A stretch of 64,000 nt of DNA, from the NCBI GenBank assembly GCA_964523895.1, contig CAZGBJ010000007.1, forward strand, positions 23,000-86,999. The letters are read 5' to 3'. A model generated the notes under the pieces. The model worked only from the letters and a program-made list of their open reading frames with translations. It ran no database searches and had not been told where the DNA came from. Shown here piece after piece: positions 50,059 to 59,654 of the stretch. The stretch comes from an uncultured Enterobacteriaceae bacterium (lineage in GTDB: Bacteria > Pseudomonadota > Gammaproteobacteria > Eutrophobiales > Eutrophobiaceae). Made by a program: the position numbers and the translations under genes. How positions within the stretch are numbered: position 1 is the first letter of the stretch; each line of letters opens with the position of its first letter.

Positions 50059-51692
50059 TTGATCTGAATGAATTGAAAGAAAAATATTTTAATTTATTAA
50101 ATTGGTTAAGGGGTGATAAATCATGCCGTATATTCATAGAGCATAATAAAAAAATATTTTCTTCTGTACCTAATAAAAAAGCAGATAAATTTATTGTTCT
50201 GCTTGAATTAAATGATATGCATTCCAGCATAATCGCTTATAGTTATTTGGCTAATGTGTTGTCATCATTCTATGGTGCTGAAATCATAGCTTATGTTCCA
50301 GATTTTCCAACCAGTTGGAAACGAATGCTTGCATGGCACATGCGTCGAAGATTAAACATGGATGTCTTCGCAATATATAAATCATTCGGCACTAAAGGTT
50401 TCTTGCTTCCAACTCTCAACAAGAAACAATGTAAAAAAGCAGAATGTTTGTTTAAAGGTATATTGGAAAATTTGAAAACAATATCAGATGTTGAGTCTGT
50501 TGTTATAGATGGGGTGCATATTGGGGACTTAATATATGATTCGTACCTTAAATATTATGAAAGACCAACTATAGAGATTAATGATAAGGATTTCCATGTT
50601 TCGCTGTTTAAAACAGTTAAATTATTTGTCTTTTGGCAAGATTATATTAAAAACCATAATGTCTCAGCCATTAATGTGAGCCACTGTGTTTACAATACTG
50701 CCTTACCTGTTCGAATCGCAATTAATGAAGGTGTTTCAGTCTTTCAGGCTAATGCAACACATGTATATAGACTAAGTAAAAAGAATAACTTTGCTTATAA
50801 TGATGTTAAGTATTACAAAGAACGTTTTTCAGCATTGCCTGTTGAAGTTCGTGATGCAGGTCTGAAAGTAGCTGAGCGTAGAATTAATGAACGTTTTTCC
50901 GGCAAAATAGGTATTGATATGTCATATTCGACTAAATCAGCATATGGTGAGTTTAAAGAAGAAAGACTAATTGCCAAATCAGACAGAAAAAAAATATTAA
51001 TTGCCGCACATTGTTTCTTCGATAGCCCGCATAGCTATGGCGTTAATCTATTTCCGGATTTTTATGAATGGCTTGACTTTTTAGGTTCTACATCTGAAGA
51101 AACAGATTATGATTGGTACATTAAAACTCATCCAGATTATGTATCAAAAACAAAAGAAATTATTGAGCTGTTTGTTAGTAAGTATAAGAAATTTAATTTG
51201 TTACCTTCGGACAGCTCTCATAATCAGATTATTAAAGAAGGAATAGATGTTGCTTTAAGCGTCTATGGAACAATTGGGTTTGAATATGCCGCGCAAGGCA
51301 TCCCTGTGATTAACGCATCGTTAAATAATCCACACATAGCTTACAATTTCAACTTGCATCCTAGGAGTATTGAGGAATATAAAAAAATATTGGTGAATTT
51401 GGAAAATCTCAGTCTGACGATAGACAAGAAAGATGTGTATGAATATTATTTTATGAAAAATATATATAACACTGAAGATTGGTTGTTTTCTGACTATGCT
51501 AAAATGATTAAAGATGTTGGTGGCTATAGAGAGCAATTTAGTTCAAAAGTTTATGCTGTTTGGCTGCATGGATTTAATGTGAATAGCCATCAAGAAACAA
51601 TAAAAGCATTATCAAAGTTTGTAGAATCTGAAGATTTCCGTCTCAATCATCATCATTCAAATAGAAAATTTAACATGAAAAAGGTGGCATAA
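50055..51692 (+). CDS. Hypothetical 545-aa protein, possibly a capsule-synthesis-type (KpsC/KpsS-like) or other non-Leloir sugar transferase
   Basis: ORF only. Weak resemblance to large polysaccharide-assembly transferases. The 28% GC is much lower than the surroundings. Confidence 0.3.
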   Translation: MIDLNELKEKYFNLLNWLRGDKSCRIFIEHNKKIFSSVPNKKADKFIVLLELNDMHSSIIAYSYLANVLSSFYGAEIIAYVPDFPTSWKRMLAWHMRRRLNMDVFAIYKSFGTKGFLLPTLNKKQCKKAECLFKGILENLKTISDVESVVIDGVHIGDLIYDSYLKYYERPTIEINDKDFHVSLFKTVKLFVFWQDYIKNHNVSAINVSHCVYNTALPVRIAINEGVSVFQANATHVYRLSKKNNFAYNDVKYYKERFSALPVEVRDAGLKVAERRINERFSGKIGIDMSYSTKSAYGEFKEERLIAKSDRKKILIAAHCFFDSPHSYGVNLFPDFYEWLDFLGSTSEETDYDWYIKTHPDYVSKTKEIIELFVSKYKKFNLLPSDSSHNQIIKEGIDVALSVYGTIGFEYAAQGIPVINASLNNPHIAYNFNLHPRSIEEYKKILVNLENLSLTIDKKDVYEYYFMKNIYNTEDWLFSDYAKMIKDVGGYREQFSSKVYAVWLHGFNVNSHQETIKALSKFVESEDFRLNHHHSNRKFNMKKVA

Positions 51693-51694
51693 TA

Positions 51695-52471
51695 ATGAAA
51701 GCTGTGATTCTGGCGGGTGGTTTGGGCACTAGGTTGAGTGAAGAGACTGATTTGAGACCAAAGCCTATGGTGGAAATTGGTAACAAACCAATCTTATGGC
51801 ACATCATGAAAAATTATTCTGCTCATAACATCAATGAATTCATTATTTGTTGTGGATATAAGGGCTATGTGATTAAGGAATATTTTGCGAATTATTTTTT
51901 ACACATGTCTGATGTTACATTTGATATGCGTGATAATAAAATGAATGTTCATCATAATAATGCTGAGCCATGGAAAGTAACATTATTAGATACGGGTGAA
52001 AAAAGTGAAACGGGTGGCCGATTAAGACGTGTGAATGAGTATGTGAAAAATGATGATGCATTTTGTTTTACATATGGTGATGGTGTCAGTGATGTGGATA
52101 TAACTGCCTTGATAAAATTCCATTTTAATAAAAATAAATTAGCTACTTTAACAGCGACTAGACCACCAGGCCGTTATGGTGCAGTCAAACTTGACTCTAA
52201 TGATATCGTCGAAAAATTTCAGGAAAAACCTGAAGGGGACGGAAGTTGGATCAATGGTGGTTTTTTTGTGCTATCTCCAGCGGTGCTTAAATTAATTGAT
52301 AATGATTCTATTAGTTGGGAGAGTAGCACCCTAAATACTTTATCTGAAAAACGTCAACTTAGTGCATTTCGTCATTCTGGTTTTTGGCAACCTATGGATA
52401 CTCTTCGTGATAAGAATTTTCTAAATGAATTATGGAATAGTGGTAATGCACCATGGAAAGTTTGGGACTAA
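51695..52471 (+). CDS. rfbF: Glucose-1-phosphate cytidylyltransferase
   Basis: MKAVILAGGLGTRLSEETxxxPKPMVEIGxKPILWHIMK is the RfbF/DdhA N-terminus. Confidence 0.85.
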   Translation: MKAVILAGGLGTRLSEETDLRPKPMVEIGNKPILWHIMKNYSAHNINEFIICCGYKGYVIKEYFANYFLHMSDVTFDMRDNKMNVHHNNAEPWKVTLLDTGEKSETGGRLRRVNEYVKNDDAFCFTYGDGVSDVDITALIKFHFNKNKLATLTATRPPGRYGAVKLDSNDIVEKFQEKPEGDGSWINGGFFVLSPAVLKLIDNDSISWESSTLNTLSEKRQLSAFRHSGFWQPMDTLRDKNFLNELWNSGNAPWKVWD

Positions 52472-53532
52472 ATCTGTTTTCTGAGCTTTATCACGGTAGA
52501 CGTGTTCTTCTAACGGGGCATACTGGCTTTAAAGGAAGTTGGCTTGCACTATGGTTAAAAATGCTGGGCGCAAAAGTTACCGGGCTTTCACTTGCACCGG
52601 GATCGTCACCCAACCACTGGGATTTATTACAAATGGGAATGCAAAGTCATTTTCTGGATATTCGTGATGTTTCTGCAATAAAAGATACTATTAAAGCTGT
52701 GCAACCGGAAATAATGTTCCATCTTGCAGCTCAATCCTTGGTAAGGGGTTCCTATAACGACCCATTAAGAACCTGGGAAACTAACGTCATGGGCACAGCT
52801 AATCTTCTGGAAATTTGCCGGGAAGTGCCCGAATTGAAAGCCATTGTTATTGTCACATCAGATAAATGCTATGAAAACCGTGAAAGGCTGAAGGGATACT
52901 CTGAAAATGATCCTTTAGGTGGATATGATCCATATAGCGCATCGAAAGCTGGTGCGGAACTTGTTGCTGCCAGTTATCGTAATTCTTTTTATTCTGAGCC
53001 TAATATGCCACTTCTTGCAACTGCTCGTGCTGGAAATGTGATCGGGGGAGGTGATTGGTCAGAAAATCGTTTGATCCCCGATCTTGTTCGTGCAATAGAG
53101 AATAAAGAAATATTGGAAATACGTTCTCCTGATTCTATAAGACCTTGGCAACATGTGCTTGAATCACTTTCTGGATATCTCATGTTAGGACAAAAATTAC
53201 TCGAAGGTCAGAGTGAATTTGCCTCGGCATGGAATTTTGGTCCTGACCAGAAAGCGAATTTTACTGTATCACAAGTGCTTAATGGATTGAGTGAATATTG
53301 GACAGATGTTTCTTGGGGAGTAACAAAGGCATCTCAACCACATGAAACTGGATTACTATTTTTGGATAGTTCTAAAGCGAATAATACGTTGAGGTGGAAG
53401 CCCGTATTGAATTTCAAAGAAACTTTGATGATGACTGCGGATTGGTATAAGGAATACCAGAAAACGGGTAGCGTAATAAGCCTGCAACAATTAGTGCAAT
53501 ATTCAGAAAAACTAGCTGCCATTTCAGAATAA
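52453..53532 (+). CDS. rfbG: CDP-glucose 4,6-dehydratase
   Basis: LTGHTGFKGSWLxLWL and YxxSK (YSASK) motifs of RfbG/DdhB. Overlaps rfbF. Confidence 0.8.
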   Translation: MESLGLNLFSELYHGRRVLLTGHTGFKGSWLALWLKMLGAKVTGLSLAPGSSPNHWDLLQMGMQSHFLDIRDVSAIKDTIKAVQPEIMFHLAAQSLVRGSYNDPLRTWETNVMGTANLLEICREVPELKAIVIVTSDKCYENRERLKGYSENDPLGGYDPYSASKAGAELVAASYRNSFYSEPNMPLLATARAGNVIGGGDWSENRLIPDLVRAIENKEILEIRSPDSIRPWQHVLESLSGYLMLGQKLLEGQSEFASAWNFGPDQKANFTVSQVLNGLSEYWTDVSWGVTKASQPHETGLLFLDSSKANNTLRWKPVLNFKETLMMTADWYKEYQKTGSVISLQQLVQYSEKLAAISE

Positions 53533-53536
53533 ATTT

Positions 53537-54094
53537 ATGTCTTTGATGATTAATGAAACCTTTATTTCAGGTGTTTTTCTTATAGGAAATACACAATTTG
53601 CTGATCCTAGAGGGAAATTTTCTCGTTTTTTCTGCAAAGAAGAACTTTCTACTGTATTAGAAGGAAGAGATATTAAGCAGGTTAATTTTTCTTGTACCGA
53701 ATCTATAGGGGCTATTAGAGGACTTCATTATCAATCTTCACCTCATGCAGAGATGAAAATTGTACGTTGCCTTAAAGGAAAGGTATGGGATGTGGTCGTT
53801 GATCTTCGTGAGGATTCGCCAACTTTCTTGAGCTGGCATACCGAAGAGCTTTCCCCCTCAAATCACAATGCATTAGTTATTCCAGAGGGGTGTGCTCATG
53901 GGTTCCAGGTCTTGCAGTCAGGTTCTGAATTACTCTATATGCATACAGAGTATTATAATCCCGAATATGAAGGGGGCTTACGTTATAACGATCCAAAGTT
54001 AAAAATTCCGTGGCCAATTCCAGCAGTTGACATTTCAGAGCGAGACTTGAACCATCCTTTAATTAGTTCAAATTATAAAGGCATTAAAATTTGA
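53537..54094 (+). CDS. RmlC/RfbC-like cupin epimerase acting on an NDP-4-keto-6-deoxyhexose
   Basis: dTDP-4-dehydrorhamnose 3,5-epimerase fold (GLHYQ, His/Asp dyad region). 185 aa. Confidence 0.65.
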   Translation: MSLMINETFISGVFLIGNTQFADPRGKFSRFFCKEELSTVLEGRDIKQVNFSCTESIGAIRGLHYQSSPHAEMKIVRCLKGKVWDVVVDLREDSPTFLSWHTEELSPSNHNALVIPEGCAHGFQVLQSGSELLYMHTEYYNPEYEGGLRYNDPKLKIPWPIPAVDISERDLNHPLISSNYKGIKI

Positions 54095-55314
54095 ATTGTC
54101 GTCATTGTAAACAGCAGCTGGTGCATGAGTTCTTGAACTTGGGTTATGCTCCACCATCAAATTCATATTTGAGTATTGAAGATTTAAATAAACCCGAGTT
54201 AACTTATCCATTGAGACTCTTTGTTTGTTCTAATTGTTGGTTAGTGCAAATAGAGGACTACACTTCAGCTGAAGAACTTTTTGATAATGATTATGCCTAT
54301 TTCTCTTCAGTTTCTAAAGACTGGCTTGCACATGCAAAAAGCTATGTTGAGAAAATCATTCCAAAAATTGGTTTAACTAATGACAGTTATGTCATTGAGA
54401 TTGCGGCTAATGATGGCTACCTATTAAAGAATTTTGTGGAATTGAAAATTCCGTGTTTGGGTATTGAACCTACGGCTAACACTGCAGAAGCAGCAGAAAA
54501 ACAGGGCATTGCTATACTTCGTGATTTCTTTAGTAAAACATTGGCGACACAATTACAGAAAGAAAGTAAACAGGCGGACTTGATTATTGGGAATAATGTC
54601 TATGCTCATGTGCCTGATTTAAACAATTTTACTGCTGGGCTAAAAATCTTACTTAAAGAAAGGGGAACTATTACTCTGGAATTTCCTCACTTGATGCAAT
54701 TGTTGAAAAATACACAATTTGATACTGTATATCATGAGCATTTCTCATACTTATCTTTATACACCGTAATCAGAATATTCTCTGTAGCAGAATTGCGAGT
54801 ATGGCATGTAGAGGAGCTGGATACTCATGGTGGAAGCTTGAGGATCTATGGTTGCCATGAGAATGACTCTCGACAATCAACACCAATTGTCGCGGAAATA
54901 TTAGCTGAAGAAGAACTTCAAGGGATGCGTAATTTAAAACTTTATAGCTTTTTCCAAGAACGTGCAGATAGAATAAAGAATGCACTTTTAAAATTCTTGA
55001 TTGAACAGAAAGATAAAGGTAAAAAAGTTGTGGCTTATGGAGCTGCAGCGAAAGGTAATACAATACTTAACTATGCGGGGGTCAAGTCAGATCTGCTTCC
55101 GAGAGTTTATGATGCCGCTCAGTCAAAGCAAGAAAAATTTCTTCCTGGTAGCCATATTCCAATATTGAACCCAGATGAAATCGAAAAAGATAGTCCTGAT
55201 TATATTTTGATTTTACCCTGGAATATCTCAAAAGAGATCATGGGAAAACTCAAGCAAGTTAAAGAATGGAATTGCCAGTTTGTAACAGCTATTCCTGAGA
55301 TTGAAATTATTTAG
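54091..55314 (+). CDS. NDP-hexose C-methyltransferase (TylC3/EryBIII/NovU-like) with N-terminal Cys4 zinc ribbon
   Basis: CRHC...CSNC zinc ribbon, TVYHEHFSYLS and VAYGAAAKGNT motifs. 407 aa, typical of sugar C-methyltransferases. Confidence 0.7.
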   Translation: MNCRHCKQQLVHEFLNLGYAPPSNSYLSIEDLNKPELTYPLRLFVCSNCWLVQIEDYTSAEELFDNDYAYFSSVSKDWLAHAKSYVEKIIPKIGLTNDSYVIEIAANDGYLLKNFVELKIPCLGIEPTANTAEAAEKQGIAILRDFFSKTLATQLQKESKQADLIIGNNVYAHVPDLNNFTAGLKILLKERGTITLEFPHLMQLLKNTQFDTVYHEHFSYLSLYTVIRIFSVAELRVWHVEELDTHGGSLRIYGCHENDSRQSTPIVAEILAEEELQGMRNLKLYSFFQERADRIKNALLKFLIEQKDKGKKVVAYGAAAKGNTILNYAGVKSDLLPRVYDAAQSKQEKFLPGSHIPILNPDEIEKDSPDYILILPWNISKEIMGKLKQVKEWNCQFVTAIPEIEII

Positions 55315-55319
55315 CTCAT

Positions 55320-56438
55320 ATGAGACAGCGTATTCACTACACAAAGCCTTCTATAACAGAGTTGGAAGTAGAGTATGCCACAGATGCTACTCGTAATGGT
55401 TGGGGTGAGAAATGTTATGAATATATTGAGAAATTTGAAGATTCATTTAAAGAACATCTTAATGTTAAATATGCAATTGCGACATCAAGTTGTACTGGAG
55501 CCCTTCACTTAGGGCTCTCTGCTTTAGGAGTAGGCCTCGGAGATGAAGTAATACTCGCTGATACAAATTGGATTGCATCGGTTTCCCCTATTACGTATCT
55601 TGGTGCATCTCCAGTCTTTGTTGATATATTACCGGATACGTGGTGTATAGATCCCAAAGAAATTGAAAAAAATATTACTTCAAAAACAAAAGCGATTATT
55701 GCAGTGCATTTGTATGGAAACCTTTGTGATATGGATGCTTTACTCGAGATTAGTCAAAAATATAATGTACCTGTTATTGAAGATGCTGCAGAGGCTATTG
55801 GTTCTATATATCATGGAAAAAGAGCAGGTAGCATGGGCAAATTTGGGTGTTTTTCTTTTCATGGAACGAAGACTTTAACTACAGGAGAAGGCGGGTTGTT
55901 TGTCACTAATGATGAAAGTCTTTATGAAAAAGTATTGACGCTAAGTAATCATGGTAGAGATAAAAATCAAACAAGACAATTTTGGCCAGATATGATTGGC
56001 TATAAATATAAGATGAGTAATATACAAGCAGCGATAGGTTGTGCGCAACTCAATAGGATTGATGAATTGATTAATGAAAAAAGAAGAATATTTGATGCTT
56101 ATTATCATGAGATATCAGAATATCCTCTTGCAATGAATCCAGAATATGATGGCACTGTAAATGGATATTGGATGCCAACAGTCATTATAGCTGAAGCTGT
56201 TGGCATCGAAACAGATAAACTGTTGTCCGAATTTCATAAGCGAGAAATGGATTGTAGAGTGTTTTTTTATCCGTTGAGTATGTTGTCAATGTTTAAAGAA
56301 AAGAAATCCAACAAAAATAGTTATTCACTATACAAGAGAGGAATTAACCTGCCATCGTATCATGATCTTACCCAAGATCAGATTTACAGTGTTACTCAAG
56401 TTGTAAAAAATTATTTTAAAAATATGAGTCTAACTTGA
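55320..56438 (+). CDS. DegT-family PLP aminotransferase
   Basis: 372 aa (aminotransferase size rather than the roughly 437-aa E1 dehydrase). Lys in FSFHGTKTLTTGEGG. Confidence 0.65.
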   Translation: MRQRIHYTKPSITELEVEYATDATRNGWGEKCYEYIEKFEDSFKEHLNVKYAIATSSCTGALHLGLSALGVGLGDEVILADTNWIASVSPITYLGASPVFVDILPDTWCIDPKEIEKNITSKTKAIIAVHLYGNLCDMDALLEISQKYNVPVIEDAAEAIGSIYHGKRAGSMGKFGCFSFHGTKTLTTGEGGLFVTNDESLYEKVLTLSNHGRDKNQTRQFWPDMIGYKYKMSNIQAAIGCAQLNRIDELINEKRRIFDAYYHEISEYPLAMNPEYDGTVNGYWMPTVIIAEAVGIETDKLLSEFHKREMDCRVFFYPLSMLSMFKEKKSNKNSYSLYKRGINLPSYHDLTQDQIYSVTQVVKNYFKNMSLT

Positions 56439-56528
56439 TTTATACTCATTTATATAAGAAGCATTCGGTCAATTAAGAACAATAATATTTAAAAAAGTAC
56501 TTTAATATGTTCTGTATATAATAACTAC

Positions 56529-57206
56529 ATGAAAAATAATATATTATTATGGGGTGGGCGTAGTAAAGCACGGATTGTATGTCAAATGTTAAAAGAGATG
56601 TTTGAAGTTGAAAGTTTAATAATATTTGACAATACACTTGATGAAATTTCATTTGAATATGGTGGTTCTCACATCAAGGATATAAAAAATCTGAAAAGTA
56701 TAATTCAAAATTTATCACATTTTGTTGTTTGTATTGGTGGAGAACATGGCGCTGCACGCTATAAAACAGCAATTACACTTGAAGCGCTAGGACTAAAAAC
56801 GGTTGATTTAATCCATCATCATTCATTTATAGATACTTGTAATGAAATTGGTCGCGGTTGCCAAATAATGCCTTCCGCTACAATTCATAAATTTTGTAAG
56901 ATAGGTGACTACTCAATTATTAATACAAATGCCACGATCGATCACGAATGTAACATAGGAAATGGCGTTCATATAATGGCAGGAGCATCAATTGCTGGGA
57001 AAATTGTAATTGATGATTTTTCTACTATAGGGACAAATGCTACGATATTGCCAAACCTTCGAATTGGGCGAGGAGCATTTGTAGGTGCCGGTGCTGTTGT
57101 AACAAAAGATGTTGATGATTACGGCGTTGTTGTTGGTGTCCCAGCAAAAGAGGTAAGGAAGAATATTATAAGTATAAATGAGATGCTGTTAGAAAAATTG
57201 AAATAA
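56529..57206 (+). CDS. Hexapeptide-repeat sugar N-acetyltransferase (PglD/NeuD-like)
   Basis: N-terminal Rossmann-like domain plus C-terminal LbH repeats (IGxGxxI x several). Confidence 0.6.
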   Translation: MKNNILLWGGRSKARIVCQMLKEMFEVESLIIFDNTLDEISFEYGGSHIKDIKNLKSIIQNLSHFVVCIGGEHGAARYKTAITLEALGLKTVDLIHHHSFIDTCNEIGRGCQIMPSATIHKFCKIGDYSIINTNATIDHECNIGNGVHIMAGASIAGKIVIDDFSTIGTNATILPNLRIGRGAFVGAGAVVTKDVDDYGVVVGVPAKEVRKNIISINEMLLEKLK

Positions 57207-57433
57207 TATATTTTTAATTGAACTTTGAATATGTAGCTTTTAGATTTTTTATTACTTTAAATAGCACTTCCGTGAAATATTAGTATCGAGGGTATTCTTT
57301 AAAAGATAAGTTTTTTCCATACTAATTATTTATTAACTATAAATTTTCGTTGGTAAATTAAGAAGGTGGCGAACTCATCAATATTTAATGCCAGATTGTG
57401 AAAAAATGTGTCTTTAAAGTAAAAGGATAAGAT

Positions 57434-58201
57434 ATGAACGATAGAAATAGTGATAATCCATATGAAGATTTTAAAAGTGACTGCGTTAAGGAAGTATCTA
57501 AGCAATCAGAAGACACTGAATTTACTAATATTACAAATGATTGGTTAAACGTGGCTAATAGGTATAAATACTCTTACCATTATGAATGGTTAGGGAGGCC
57601 AATTATTCAGTATCCACAAGACATAATGGCAATGCAGGAAATAATTTGGTCTATCAAACCAGATTTAATTATAGAAACAGGCATTGCTCATGGTGGGTCT
57701 TTAATTTTTTCAGCATCAATGTTGGAGCTAAATGCAATGTCTGAAGGCCCAGTAGACGCTAAAGTATTAGGGATAGATGTGGATATACGTAAACATAATC
57801 GCGATGCGATAGAAGCACACCCTTTGTATCATCGAATTTCAATGATTGAAGGTTCGAGCATATCTTCGGATGTGATCGAAATGGTGAAAGAAGAGTCGAA
57901 GAATAAAAATAACATACTTGTTTTTTTGGATTCAAATCATACGCATGAACATGTTTATAAGGAACTGATTGCATATGCACCATTAGTGACTTTGGGAAGT
58001 TATTGCGTTGTGTTCGATACTGTAATAGATGATTTTCCTAAATCAATGTTTCCAAATAGACCATGGGGTCCTGACGATAATCCGAAAACTGCAGTAAAAA
58101 AATATTTAAATGAGCATTCAGAATTTATTGTAGATGAATATTTTCAAAACAAATTAAAAATAACTGTGGCCCCAGATGGATATTTAAAAAAGATAAAATG
58201 A
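57434..58201 (+). CDS. CmcI/cephalosporin-hydroxylase-family SAM-dependent O-methyltransferase (rhamnosyl O-methyltransferase-like)
   Basis: PF04989-like signature: WxGxPIIQYPQDxxxxQExIW, IIETGxAHGGS. Confidence 0.55.
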   Translation: MNDRNSDNPYEDFKSDCVKEVSKQSEDTEFTNITNDWLNVANRYKYSYHYEWLGRPIIQYPQDIMAMQEIIWSIKPDLIIETGIAHGGSLIFSASMLELNAMSEGPVDAKVLGIDVDIRKHNRDAIEAHPLYHRISMIEGSSISSDVIEMVKEESKNKNNILVFLDSNHTHEHVYKELIAYAPLVTLGSYCVVFDTVIDDFPKSMFPNRPWGPDDNPKTAVKKYLNEHSEFIVDEYFQNKLKITVAPDGYLKKIK

Positions 58202-59010
58202 CGAAAAGTTATTCATCTCGTATTGGAGCTATGCGCCTTATAGCGAGACTAGATATAAAGTCTGATAAATTAATAAAAACAATAAAATTGGAAGGCGTGC
58301 AGCATATAGGGGATCCTGGAATAGTAGCAAAAAAATACTACGAACAAGGTATCGATGAAATACTATTATTGGATACTGTTGCTAGTTTATATGGAAGGAA
58401 CCATCTCGTAGACGTAATCAAATATGTTTCATCAAACACGTATATACCAATTACAGTTGGTGGAGGAATAAGAAGTATTGAAGATGTAGAAAGTATTTTA
58501 TCTGTCGGCGGTGATAAAATAGCAATTAATACTGCTGTAATAAAAAACCCTGTGTTAATTAGTGACTTGGCAAAAAATTTTGGCTCTCAGTGCATTGTTT
58601 TGCAAGTCGATGCAAAATTTATTTGTGAAGGAAAATGGGAACCATATACAGATGGAGGTCGTGAACGAACCTATTTAGATGTTATTGATTGGGTAAAAAA
58701 AGGTTATGAAATGGGGGCAGGTGAAATACTTTTAACATCAATTGATCGAGAAGGAACATGTAAGGGGCTTGATTTGGGTTTATGTAATGTTGTTTCTAAA
58801 TCTGTGCCTATTCCTGTAATTGCATCAGGAGGAGTTGGTTCTATTGAGGACGTTATTCAAGGTAGTAAAAATAGTAATGTTGATGCAATTGCAATGTCGG
58901 ATTTACTTAATGTAAAAAAAATAAATATTAAAGAAATTAAAGATAGATGCGCTGAAAAAGGAATTGAGATAAGAAAGGTTGCTAATGAAAATAGTTATAA
59001 TCGATTATAA
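58198..59010 (+). CDS. wbuZ: HisF-like imidazole-glycerol-phosphate-synthase cyclase paralog
   Basis: (beta/alpha)8 HisF motifs (ARLDIK..., GGGIRS, SGGVG). ATGA overlap with the upstream gene. Paired with a hisH-like gene and wbuX. Confidence 0.65.
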   Translation: MTKSYSSRIGAMRLIARLDIKSDKLIKTIKLEGVQHIGDPGIVAKKYYEQGIDEILLLDTVASLYGRNHLVDVIKYVSSNTYIPITVGGGIRSIEDVESILSVGGDKIAINTAVIKNPVLISDLAKNFGSQCIVLQVDAKFICEGKWEPYTDGGRERTYLDVIDWVKKGYEMGAGEILLTSIDREGTCKGLDLGLCNVVSKSVPIPVIASGGVGSIEDVIQGSKNSNVDAIAMSDLLNVKKINIKEIKDRCAEKGIEIRKVANENSYNRL

Positions 59011-59623
59011 ATCAGGAAATATTCAGAGTCTTATACATGCGTTGCAAGAAATTGGGTGTGATTTTTTGCTCTCTAGTAAAAAAGAAGATATTTTAAATGC
59101 AGATCGAGTGATACTACCTGGGGTTGGAGCGTTTGGAAGGTGTATAGAACAATTTAAAAATTTTAAGCTAGACCTTGTCATTAAAGAGTATGTGGCATCA
59201 GGGAAGTATGTTTTAGGTATTTGTGTTGGTATGCAAATACTTTTTGAAGAGAGTAATGAATTCAAGAGAAATGAAGGTTTAGGGATTATTAAAGGCCAAG
59301 TTAAGAAACTTCCTGTATCTGCGAAAAATGGTGAGCGAATAAAAATACCACATACAAATTGGTCTCCTATTTATTCCCCGCAGAAAAAAAAATGGATAAA
59401 TACACCTTTTTCAAATATTGTAGAAAATGAATACGTCTATTTTGTGCATTCTTACCATGCAATTCCCTCTAATAAAGATGAGGTTATTGCTCTCACATCT
59501 ATTGGGGGTCATGATATATGCGCAGCTATACAAAAAGAAAATGTTTTTGGTTGCCAATTTCATCCTGAAAAAAGTGGCAACGTTGGCTTATCAATATTAA
59601 GAAACTTTATTGCTTTGAAATGA
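58979..59623 (+). CDS. wbuY: HisH-like class I glutamine amidotransferase paralog
   Basis: GATase1 triad context (LPGVGAFG, GICVGMQ, FHPEKS). Confidence 0.65.
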   Translation: MLMKIVIIDYKSGNIQSLIHALQEIGCDFLLSSKKEDILNADRVILPGVGAFGRCIEQFKNFKLDLVIKEYVASGKYVLGICVGMQILFEESNEFKRNEGLGIIKGQVKKLPVSAKNGERIKIPHTNWSPIYSPQKKKWINTPFSNIVENEYVYFVHSYHAIPSNKDEVIALTSIGGHDICAAIQKENVFGCQFHPEKSGNVGLSILRNFIALK

Positions 59624-59654
59624 ATAGTTATAAACAGATATTTGAGGTATTGAG

